A stretch of DNA of 64,000 bases from Octopus sinensis (taxonomy: Eukaryota): positions 23,064,001-23,128,000 of the forward strand of contig NC_042997.1 in NCBI RefSeq assembly GCF_006345805.1, read 5' to 3'. The notes beneath the pieces are model-generated. The model did not search any database and was not told the DNA's origin. It saw nothing but the letters and a program-made list of their open reading frames with translations. The translations under genes and the position numbers were made by a program. This document shows positions 51,091 to 63,010 of the stretch, piece after piece. The stretch's first letter is position 1, and each line of letters opens with the position of its first letter.

Positions 51091-51132
51091 ACTTGACCGG
51101 TTTCACTTTTTTAGAAAAAGATTGTCAAAAGT
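51091..51132 (-). ncRNA. Minimal type-I hammerhead ribozyme motif (U3-A8 variant), left arm
   Basis: Minus strand ACTT-TTGACAA-T CTTTTT cta AAAAAG T-GAA-ACCGGT-C-AAGT; GUC triplet; U-U at the base of stem II. Confidence 0.65.
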
Positions 51133-51761
51133 AAAATGTAAAGCTTTGTATAAGCTTTGTTGTGTTAAGTACTGGTTGTTACAAAAGTATTAAAATACAT
51201 ATATACATTCTTTGATAATAATAAGAAAATGTTAAAAACAGTTTACAAGAAAGTATTTAAGAAAATATTCAACAAAAAGTATTAGGAATTCAATAAAAAT
51301 CATGTTTGTTTGGTAGTATCTATATACATACACAGAAAAAGTATTAGGAGTTCAATAAAAATCATGTTTGCTTGGTAGTATATATATACACAGGAGATAT
51401 ATTTAAGAATTTACAAAGAATTTGAGAGGAACCGACCTGTTTTCCTAGCATTTTTTATTTTGTGTGTAGCTAAGAATTGTTTGCTATTTTAAGGGACAAT
51501 GTGGGAGGTTGGTTGGGGGGGGAAGGAAGAGCAATATGTGTATATATATATATATATTACTTGTGTATATATATATACTACCAAACAAACATGATTTTTA
51601 TTGAATTCCTAATACTTTTTGTTGAATATTTTCTTAAATACTTTCTTGTAAACTGTTTTTAACATTTTCTTATTATTATCAAAGAATGTATATATGTATT
51701 TTAATACTTTTGTAACAACCAGTACTTAACACAACAAAGCTTATACAAAGCTTTACATTTT

Positions 51762-51803
51762 ACTTTTGACAATCTTTTTCTTAAAAAGTGAAACCGGTCA
51801 AGT
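51762..51803 (+). ncRNA. Minimal type-I hammerhead ribozyme motif (U3-A8 variant), right arm
   Basis: ACTT-TTGACAA-T CTTTTT ctt AAAAAG T-GAA-ACCGGT-C-AAGT, followed by AATAAA. Confidence 0.65.
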
Positions 51804-51839
51804 GAATAAACATTTTTAAAATTGCATTTTCAAATCTTC

Positions 51840-51882
<43 letters not shown>

Positions 51883-51885
<3 letters not shown>

Positions 51886-52610
51886 GAAAGGTCCTGCCTA
51901 AAAACAACACTGATGGAGATCGAAAAAAGGCTGCAACAATCCTATGTGAGGGAGAGAGCAGACAAAGAAGCCTGGGTTATAAAAAAACATTAAGTCAAAC
52001 ACAAAGGCCTTCTTTCATTACGTGAAAGAAACAGCCTCAGTATGCTGCAAGGTAGGACCCCTCTTCCAAAAGGATGGCTCCCTCATAGACAGTCCAACTA
52101 GGATCAGTGAGGTACTGAATGACCAGTTCAAAAGTGTCTTTACCACCCCATTGGAACTCAGACAAGTGAACGAACCGGTGGACTTCTTTGCCACCTCACC
52201 TATAACCAGCAGAAATCCTCTTCAAATCGTGTAAGCATGCACTGGCAAAACCCCTCCAGATTATTTTCTAGAGCTTTCTTGCAAATGGCAGACTGCCAAG
52301 CAAGCTGCAGGATGGAATAATATGCCCAATCCATAAAGGGGGAAGCAGAGCAGATGCCAAAAACTATAGGCCTATCTCTCTGACTTCACACATCAGCAAA
52401 GTCATGGAATGGATAGTCAGAGGGAAACTAATCGCATTCCTTGAAGAAAATAACTTGCTGAGTGATACCCAGCAAGGCTTTCAACCAGGTAGGAGCTGCC
52501 TGACCCAGTTCTTACAACATTATGACTGGGTGTTGAGGCAGTTACTCAACAACTCAAATGTGGACGTAATATACCTTGATTTGCAAAAGCTTTTAACAAT
52601 GTGGTTCTTG
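51883..52610 (+). mobile_element. CR1-like LINE fragment, linker and N-terminal RT motifs
   Basis: KVGPLFQKDGSL..EVLNDQFKSVFT, PIHKGGSRADAKNYRPISLTSHISKVME, QQGFQPGRSCLTQFL, VDVIYLD. Confidence 0.88.
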
Positions 52611-52665
<55 letters not shown>

Positions 52666-55600
52666 CATACACACATACATATATATTTCTGTGAGGGATA
52701 GTACCTATGCAATATACTGCTGGTAGTGTACCCAAATGCTGGTTATTGCATGGCAATCTCGCAATTCAGAGTCATATATGGGCAGGGGTAAGAAGTGGAT
52801 TACACTTGATTTATACAGCAAATAAGAGAAAATGGAAAGGATACAAAATGACATACATCAGCTGGTAGACATTCCAGTGTGTCTATTTATTCAAAAGTAT
52901 TAGAAATTATTAGAAAAGTACATACACATGTAGTAACTATGTATTATACACACATGTATTAATTATTACAGGAAAGAGCTGCCTGACCCAGTTCTTACAA
53001 CATTATGACTGGGTGTTGAGATCAGTTCCATATGGCCGTTTCTGCCAAGAGACAACAAAATCCTCCATGCTTTCTCCATCTCTTCGGTGTTCTGTAGGGA
53101 TGGGCAGATAAAGTTTGGATGATGAATGTACCTCTAGGCTTCTTCATAGGGTCTAAATGGTTATGAGGGGTAATACATATAATAAACTGTTAACAATAGG
53201 TACAATGTATTTGTCATTATTAAAAAGGCCAGAAAAAGCATAGGAGCAATATGAGGCTGTGAGAGAAGTACAGCTTATTAAAATGAATTAGGTATAGAAA
53301 GGGGAAATAAGCCACAAACTTCCTGTGGTGTATTCCAGGATCCATGTTACTTCATCCAATGATGGATAAGTGAGTGTAGTCATTCTTGGGAGGAGTTTTT
53401 AGGAAGGGTGAATTTAGGCAGTACTTTGCATTATGTTTACATAGAAATACAGTGGTGGATTTGAAGTTATTGTCTGAGTTATGGAGGTGAAAGTTCATAT
53501 ATAAAGTGCCAACTAGTAGGTGCAACGTTGTGGATGGTATGGCATAAGTAGCCTATGATGGTGAACCCATCATGGGAAGATTCGATATATAAGTGTACTA
53601 ATGGGAGTAAGGAACCAGGTGGTGACGTAAGTGCGATGTTAGTGTTCGTTATTTTTTTGCTGATCAACAAGCCTCTGAATCCCTTTGTGTAGTGGGGTGG
53701 GTGTCATGGTCAGTCTTACAACCTAATTGGTCAGCTATATTTTGAAAACCATGACTTGGTTCCGGTTCATTGATGGTTAACAGATAAGACAAAAACAAAT
53801 CAAATGAATATACAAACTAATTTAATCACAGAGAGGAATTCAAAACGGCAACACATGCAATCCTATACATTCTAACATACACAAACACATGCCTATCAGC
53901 TACTCCCAAATGCTAGTTTCATCCCAAATTCTGACCACCATTCTTTACATATTTGCACACAAATACACACATTCAGCTTTTCACTTTTATTCATTGTTTT
54001 TTTTTCTTTTAGTCGTCTGTCACTACTCATCTGTTTTTAGTTTTTGTTTTTATTTTGGGGGTTTCACTTTGGTGACACCAGTTACACCATGGTACCAGGA
54101 ATTTGCTTGGTGTTGCCAAAATGAAAAAAGAGTTTTTGAAAATTTGAAACAAGGCATAGTTTTTTTAAACTGACTGTCACAGAGATGTGAAAATATGGCT
54201 ACTACTCATTAATTTCAAATTAAACTTAACAAAGTTGAGGGTCTTCCAGTGTCCCCCCCCAATTTTTAACGCCCCCCCCCCCCCACCACCTCTTTGCTCC
54301 AAAATGCACCTCACTCAAGCTCCAAATGGCCTCTGTTGAGAACCTTTGATCAAGAACTTATGTTTCACACACACATACAAACACATATCTTCTTTCCTTT
54401 TCTTAACCTGAAGTAACATTGTTTAATAGGTACCATTAGAGATATTGTTAAATATTGTAAGCAGTAAAAGTTTTTTTATGTTTTGCTCAATTAGTATTGA
54501 ATTTGAAATTTGTTCTGCTTTCAATATCATGGGATGAGTTTTTCTAGATACCTCATATTAAGATTAAATATTCAGTATGTCATTCTGTCCTTGTGTGTTA
54601 AAGGATATTCATACACATGTCAATGAAATGATAATCTTTTTTAAACAAAATTATTTCTGTCTGCACATTTGATTTATAGGAAATACATTTTAAAGGAAGA
54701 ATTAAACATTAAGCTAAATATATCATAGATATTTCTTTTGACGAGCAATAATATTCTATCATAATTACAGTCTGGATACATAGGAAGAGGCATACAGAAA
54801 ACTGCTTTGTGGAACACATCAAATTTAACCATAATTTATGAGCACTCATTTTGAGTGACTGACAAGCCAATTTACACTTAACAAAAGACAGCATCTTTCT
54901 TTTGTAAAATGGTATAATTAAGTGCAAAATAGTCTCACACGTATATTATTGTCAATGTTACAATAATCTTATCTGGAGCATTTCAGTTCTATTTTTGGTT
55001 TCTATCTTCTTTTCAGACAAATTGTTTAGAGGTATTTATAGCAAAGATGGTAAGCTATTAAACAAAAAATATTTTGAATAGAAAGTAATTTTAAGAAATA
55101 TGTTTCTCTTTTGTTGAAACTGCATTTAGTTTATCCTAATTTTTGACAAAAATGAAATAAACTATTATCATTCTTGACAGAATCATTAGAGCTTTAGATA
55201 GAATACTTTGGCAGTATTTTTCCCACTATCTACTTTCTGAATTCAAATCCATTAGAGGTCAACTTTATTTACTCCAAAAGGATAAAAAGCAATGAATCAA
55301 TCAAGTACTGGGTACCAACTAATTCATCTCACCAAATTGCTAGCCTTATGCCTAAATTAGAAACAATTATTTTAGTAGAAAAAATTTGTAACTTAAAAAA
55401 CTGTAAAATCTAACTCTACAGAAATATATTTACATTAAAATATGAAGATATTTCAAGAACCTATTGGTGGCTAAAGACTGAATAATAAATTCATTTTTAT
55501 GTTTAAATAAACCAATACTTGTGGGTATACACTGTATAAAAATGAAAGACAAAAATTTGAGCACTCTTGCAATATAGTCCGTTTGTCTTGTAGGCCTTTT

Positions 55601-58304
55601 CTCTATATTGTCAAAGATCCTGACCAATCTCTCTCCACAACACAACTCACCTTCTTAAACCATCCCCTCTCCACCATCTCCCACTCTCCTTTTTGCACTC
55701 ATGCAAACTTACCTACCCACTTATCCTATCCAATCCTCTTTACCTCTTCACTTATATAGCCTTCCCTGTTAACTGAGGATGCACTCCAACACATCTTCTT
55801 TGCCATCCTTTCTTTCTTCCTGTCTCTCCTTTCTTTTCCAACTAAGGTAGGCAAGTATCTCCTCTACTGTAAGACACCTGCCTCTAGCTTCTGTTATTCT
55901 CTAACCTTTTATCACCTGGCACAAAGCCACTTCCCTCAATAGTATTCCCCACTCAGTTGGTGGGGGTCTAGTTTTGCAGGTTACTTGGTGATTTTGTTGG
56001 TGTCATATAAAAAGCACCCAGTACACCTGTAAAGTGGCTGGCATTAGGAAAGGCATCCAACTACAGAAACTATGTCAAAACAGATAGAAGAACTTGGTGC
56101 AGTCATCTTGTTTGTCAGCTCCTATCATACCATCTATCCCATGCCAGCATGGAAAATGGATGTTAAATGATGGTGATAATGATGAAATACATGTACAAAC
56201 TTCTTTTAGCTTCTGGGTACCAAATTCATTCACAAGGCTTTGGTCAGCCTGGAGCCATAGTAGAGGATGCTTGCCCAAAGTGCCATGCTGTGAGACGGAG
56301 ACAGAAAAGAAAAAAAAGGAAAGAACACATTGGATAAGGGGGTTCTGGATGCACTATGTCTGAATAAAAGAAGAGATGATCATGACTGGAATCAGAGTGG
56401 ACCTGCAGTTAAATAACAATATCATAGAAGAACTGCCTGTGTAACAGAAATATTTGACAAACAAAAATAAACAATAAATAAAATATAAAAAGATTAAAAT
56501 GAGCTACTGCAGGCTTATCCTACTTATTTGCCATTTCTAAATGAAGTATTATTTTTTTTTCTACTATTTTAAGTTACTGTACTGCTGCAGCCATAGTGGG
56601 ATAATATCTTCATGTGTCTTAATCAATTATATCAACCACAGTTCTTATTTCAGTCTGATATTCAATCGATACTGTTTGTCAAACTGCTAAGATGTAGTTA
56701 ATAAAGGAACATAGGGCAAGCAGCAAATACTAGCTTTTAAATCAGGTATTTGTCAACATGCAGCTATAGTAGAAACTGTTCAAGGTGCTGTGTAGTGGGA
56801 TCCAACCTGAAACCAAGTGGTTACAAAGCAAACTTCTTTATCACATAGCAATGTCTGTACCTCTGCACTATTATTATTTTCTATATACAAAAGCTTACAC
56901 TGGAGTTTTACTTAAAGAAGGCAACAATTTTTGTATCAATTTAATAAATACATTGAATAATTTAAGGTTGTTCAAACTTAAAAGGTAATTATCAGATAGG
57001 ACAGGGAGAAAGAAATATTAAGGAAAGCATAAAAAAACCTGACAGCACTATTCATGAGATAGCAAGAGGTGAAATAAGAAAATGACACTTGAGGTATTTC
57101 AGTGAATAATGACAACATACACAGAACTGAATAGTCTGGACATCAAGTCATTTGATAAAAGCTGTTGGGGAAAAGGTGGGTTAATATTTTTCTAATCAAC
57201 TGATTTTCAGTTTTCATCTTTACAATGGTTTTATCTTTTGTTTGTAAGTACATTTTGCTAAATCATTTGTTTTTCTGGTTTTCAATCTCCAAATATATTT
57301 CTTGAAAATTTAATTTTCTTTTATAGTAATCAAGTTAGTGATGTATTAAATGCTGTTTCTTTTTACCTTTTAAATATCAAAATGTTTTATATATGCTGAA
57401 CTGTCTTTCAGAAATGTAATAAAAATAGCCGTAAGTTAATCTACACTTTATAAATTTCAAAACCTCACATCTACTTTACTTTTCATTAGTCCAATGTTAA
57501 TGAAATTCCAGAAAGATATACATTCATCAATTATTATGTGTCAACAAATTAACCAATACATTATCATTTGATCTGCTAAAAATGAGAGCCAAGCCTCTCT
57601 GATATCACATACAACTGACTTTAAAAAAAGAAGGATACATTGAATAGTGTAGTACTAGATGCATTATATCTAGAACAAAATATATGAAGTAATCATGACT
57701 GGAGTGCCTTTATTCATAGGCCAGTTCAATCAGGCTAACCTGGGAGCTGAACAACACTAATAAGTATTTATTCAGTCAGTCATTGATTCTCCATTACAAA
57801 TATGGTCTTGTATCAAATGAAATCATTAATGTGGCAGGTTAATTCTATATAAGAATACATACTCAGTCTAATTTTACTTAGTTCCTACACTCTATTGTAT
57901 ATTATTTAATTTCACTATTAGCATTGATAATTTGGTCACAACAGGTGGGAATACAGTGTTTAGTGTTCAATAAATCTTGTCCTGGGATCAATTCATACTT
58001 AAGACATTTTTTATCTTTCTTCTCAGTAGGGTTGAGTAACATATGTAAACAGTACTGAGAGTGGTTTAGTTGTTCTAGGACCTTTGGGAATTGATACTAG
58101 ACCAGGAAATCCAATACTTATGTCCAGCATCAGATAAATAAGAGTTCTCAGAATTCTATTATCTTTTTTTTTTTAATCACTGTTAGTCTCACCAGTGGAT
58201 GAAATGCTCTTAAAGAACCACTTTTCCATTACTTTCCTGTAAATAATTTATTACTAGATTCCTATGTATGTATCAGTATGTGTATCATTGCATGTATGTA
58301 TGCT

Positions 58305-58860
58305 ATCAGCATCATCATTTAACGTCCACTTTCCATGCTGGCATGGGTTGGACAGTTTGACAGGGGCTACATCAGGCTCCATTGTCTGTTCAGGCACAGT
58401 TTCTATGGCTGGATACCCTTCCTAACACTAACCTGCTTTTTAGAGCCTTAAAAATGCTAATAGTTTTATGGTGTTAGGCAGATGAGAGATAAATATCTAC
58501 CTAGAGAGAGATCCAGTCTACCATACATATAGAGAGAGTTTGTTTTCTTTCCTGACGCTTATATATATCATCATCTAACATCTGTTTCCATGCTGGTAAG
58601 GCCAGGAGTTGCACCAGGTTCCACTGTCTGTTTTAGCATTGTTCCTACAGCTGGATTCCCTTCCTAATGTCAACCACTTTACAGAGTGTTCTGGGTGCTT
58701 TTTATGTGGCACCAGCACTGATGCTTTTTTGCATGGCACCAGTACCAGTGCTTTTTACATGGCACCAGCACTAGTGATCTTTATGTGGTATCAGCAGCAG
58801 TGCCTTTTAGGTGGCACCAGCACTTGTGATTTTTATGTCGCACCAGCACCAACAGGGTTA
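58305..58860 (-). mobile_element. Two tandem diverged RTE-tail copies (58305-58430 and 58560-58860)
   Basis: Both start catcat..tttccatgctgg; the second has ~20-bp gtgcttttt..tggcaccagca units. Confidence 0.75.
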
Positions 58861-59379
58861 CCACATTTGTCTTAATATGTATGTTATAATTTTATTTTTC
58901 AAGTTCCATTCCTCATTATCTTCTTCCAGCCACACTCTATTCTCTGCTATACTCCATTCTTAACACCTGCTTTGTCCTCTATCATTTTCAATGCCCTCAT
59001 GTATCTAACAACCCTTCACCTGAGCCACTCCTATAGCTCTCACCTTCAATTACTAGTCATCTATCCCATCTATCCATCTCTCCTTACATTCTTATGGAAT
59101 TCCCCGCCCACTCACCCAGTCCAGTCTTCTGTATCACTTCACCTATATTCACTTCCCAGTGTACCTGAGGGTACATATGTCCTGACACATATCCACCACC
59201 ATCTATCTCACTCCCTCCATCTCTATCTTCTCCTACTGGAGTATCCTTGTATCTCTTCTACAGCAAGACACCTATTTCTATCCTATTATTCTTTCAACCT
59301 CTCAACTTGCAAAAAGCTACCTCTTTTAATACACCTTCCCCCATCAAGGGGATTGTCTCATCTTAAAATTTATTGGCTG

Positions 59380-59568
59380 ACCCCACCAGTGCTGGTACCT
59401 TGAAAATAGAACCTACAACTGTCTGTAAAATGATAGGCATTCGGAAGAGCACTCGGCCATAAAAGCCATGCCAAAACAGACAATAAAACTTCACACAGCC
59501 CTCTGGCTTGCCAGCTCTTGTCAAATATTGAACCCATGCCAGCATAGAAAAAGGACATTAAATAATGA

Positions 59569-59570
<2 letters not shown>
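59380..59570 (+). mobile_element. Diverged RTE-tail copy
   Basis: ggcattcggaagagcactcggccataaaa..catgccagcatagaaa..taatgatg. Confidence 0.7.
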
Positions 59571-59615
<45 letters not shown>

Positions 59616-61424
59616 CAATAATTTTCTGTTAAGACTTCTTGTTTGTTATCTACTGAGGATGGCATTACATCAGTTATTTTACTGCTGTGAATGCTAGAAA
59701 CAAGCTTGGAAAAGCCTGGCAAAAAAATATTGATATATTTAAGCCTTTCGATAACAACCTGTATCAACTGCCCTTGGATTGGAATATTTAGGATTTGGAG
59801 GAAGAGACAGTAGAGGCAAAAAGAGAGAAGGATGCATTGGGCATATGTGGAACACAAGTTGCTAGTTTAAGAGAGCTGGGGCAATTGTAGTAGTGATAGA
59901 AGAAATAACAAAATATAATGCATCTGTGTAATAGTGGTTATGAGTGCTTGTAAATGATTTTGAGAACTATCAATAATTTTGGCAGGGATGCAATCTGTGA
60001 TTTGTGTGTGTGCACATATACAGCATTTAATAACCATCCCTGAAACGGCACAGAGCCACTGAGGAGACCAGTTGTTTAACCATTGTTTTGCTGCGTTATA
60101 GGACACACCATATACACTATCTCCTGAGAACTTCTCAAAACTGAATACAGTGGTGAGGATTTGGACAAGTTGTTTCCAGTAGTTGTTTGTTGACCTGAGA
60201 GTGTAAGAAAGGAAGTAGCAATATATAAAATAAAGATATCTTAATAGCTCTTTAATGCAAGTTGAACTTGAGCTTTATAGAGATTTAGAAGCTGAAAAAA
60301 AAAAAAAAGGCTGAAGTATCTGCTTATGTTTGTAATGTTACTATGAGAGATCTTGAGAGATTGTATAGCTTAGTATTTGTAGCAACTTTTATGGGTTTAG
60401 CTAGTTGTTCTTCTGACAGAGGGAATCTTGTTCAAGACTGTGTTTGTGAAATGCTTTTCTGTAGTGTCAAAGGAAATAAGGTACACAATATGCTCACTAT
60501 ATTTTAAAGGTCTCTTTACATGGAAATTGTGCAAGTTTGACAAGAGGTACCTACACAGAATATGAATAGTGTGTAGTAGATTAAGCAGAGGTAAAAATAT
60601 CCATTCCTTAAGAAAAAAATGGATGATAGCATGCAACAAGGAAAAAAGAACAGTTGTGGGCAGGATTCTTTATATGAAAATAAAAATTCCTATATTAATT
60701 TGTGAAACAGAACTTCAACTTACAGCTGCCTGTTAGTATGGGAATCTTCTGCCCCTACCCAAAACATTTTCAAAAAATCTGGGTCTTTACATTATCAAAA
60801 ATATCATTAATAAGGATTACCTTAATCAGAGAGTGGGACTCTAAGTTGTTAAGAAAAGGTATGAAACTAGGGATTTAAAATGAAAAGATTAACCAGGTGT
60901 TCTTATATTATCCTTTACATTTATCCTCAAACTAGTCTGTGGTTTGTTGAAGAAATATGCTTTCCTTATGCACACACACACATGCATGCATGCACACACA
61001 TGCACACACAAATATATGAATTTGCAAACATTAAATATACATTCATAGATTTATACACATGTATACAAACAAATGTACAAATACACACACACATACATAT
61101 TCAAGGACTTCTAGACATTTACTTATATATATCATTGCTATTATGTTAAACTGTCATATGTCCAAATTTGGCCAAATGTGTATTTTTTTTTTCAATATTT
61201 AATTTTGCTTGCAATAGCTGGTTCTTTTGGTCAAACTACTGTGTCTCCAGCTTCTTCAGATGAAAATTGCCAAAGTGTAGTACAATGGTTTTGCATTTTT
61301 CAGAAGTGTTTGCAAAAATATTTTTGGTTGAAAATATCATACGTGCATGGTATTTCAATTTTATGCACCCGAACAAAGTATTACTGTTAAGCTGAAACTG
61401 TTGCTCATGTAAAAAGAAATGGAA

Positions 61425-63010
61425 TCATCATCATTGTTTAGCGTCTGCTTTCCATGCTAGCATGGGTTGGACGGTTCAACTGGGGTCTGGGAAGCCAGAA
61501 GGCTGCACCAGGCCCAGTCTGATCTGGCAAAGTTTCTATGGCCGGATGCCCTTCCAAACGTCAACCACTCTGTGAGTGTAGTGGGTGCTTTTTATGTGCC
61601 ACCGGCACAGGTGCCAGACGAGGCTGGCAAACGGCCACGATCGGATGGTGCTTTTTACGTACCACCAGCATGGAGGCCAGGCCAGGCTGGCAACGGCCAC
61701 GATCGGATGGTGCTTTTTACGTGCCACGGGCACGGAGGCCAGGCGAGGTTGGCAATGGCCATGATCGGATGGTGCTTTTTACGTGCCACTGGCACGGAGG
61801 CCAGTCGGGGCGGCGCTGGCAATGGCCACGTTCGGATGGTTCTCTTACGTGCCACCGGCACTGGTATCACAGCTACAATTTCCATTGATGTTGATTGATT
61901 ATGATTTTGATTCTGATTCTCACTTGCCTCAACAGGTCTTCATAAGTAGAGTTTTGTGACCCAAGAAGGAAAGGTATGCATAAGTGGATCAGCTACATCC
62001 CAGGTAGAGGCCTCGAGATTATGTCCTCACCTGTCCTGCTGGGTCTTTTCAGGGACAGCATACTAAAGTTCGAAGGTCATGCTTCACCACCTCGTCCCAG
62101 GTTTTCCTGGGTCTACCTCTTCCACAGGTTCCCTCAACCACTAGGGTGTGGCACTTTTTCACACAACTATCTTCATCCATTCTCGTCACATGACCATACC
62201 AGCGCAAACGTCTCTTTTGCACACCACAACTGATGCTTCTTAGGTCCAACTTTTCTCTCAAGGTACTTACACTCTGTCGAGTATGAACACTGACATTACA
62301 CATCCATCGGAGCATACTGGTTTCATTTCTTGCGAGCTTACGCATATCCTCAGCAGTCACGGCCCATGTTTCACTGATATGTAGCATGGCTGTTCGTACA
62401 CATGCATCATACAGTCTGCCTTTTACTCTGAGCGAGAGGCCTTTTGTCACCAGCAGGGGTAAGAGCTCTCTGAACTTTGCCCAGGCTATTCTAACTCTAG
62501 CAGTTACACTTTCAGCACACCCACCCCCGCTACTGACTTGGTCACCTAGGTAACGGAAGCTATCAACTACTTCTAGTTTTTCTCCCTGGAATGTGGCAGA
62601 GGTTGGTTTCTGCACATTTTCAGTGTTTATTGCTCCTGAACATCTGCCACATACAAAAACTATTTTCCTAGTTAGCCTTCCTTTGACATTGCTGCACCTC
62701 TTATGTGTCCATAGCTTACACTTGGTGCATCTTATAGAGTTTCTACCTATGCCTTTTCTACAGATCGAGCAGGGCCATCTACCTGAAGGCATTTGTGATT
62801 TGTCAACCTTCCTACTTATTAGGACTTTGGTTTTAGCTAGGTTGACTCTAAGGCCCTTTGATTCTAATCCTTGCTTCCACACCTGAAACTTCTCCTCCAG
62901 TTCTGATAGTGACTCAGCAATTAGAGCAAGGTCATCAGCATGGAGGAGCTCCCAGGGGCATCCTGTCTTGAATTCCTCCGTTATTGCCTGGAGGACTAAG
63001 GTGCAAAGAG
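61425..63010 (-). mobile_element. 5'-truncated RTE-clade LINE (RT C-half, PHD-like insert, 3' UTR VNTR, (ATG)n tail)
   Basis: ORF 62049-63068 plus a 3' UTR that matches the many short copies in this window. Confidence 0.93.
62049..63010 (-). pseudogene. Truncated RTE reverse transcriptase ORF
   Basis: WELLHADDLAL (YADD changed to HADD), GLRVNLAKTKV, FRYLG, AWAKFRELLPLL, RRLRWYGHV, GRGRPRKTW. N-terminal RT motifs and endonuclease are missing. Confidence 0.88.

Larger units (their letters stand above)
51043..51851. repeat. 276-bp near-perfect inverted repeat (arms 51043-51318 and 51576-51851), Penelope-like inverted terminal structure
   Basis: The arms are reverse complements with about 2 mismatches seen by eye. 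The spacer includes a ~58-bp tandem duplication of the inner end of the left arm. Confidence 0.92.
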
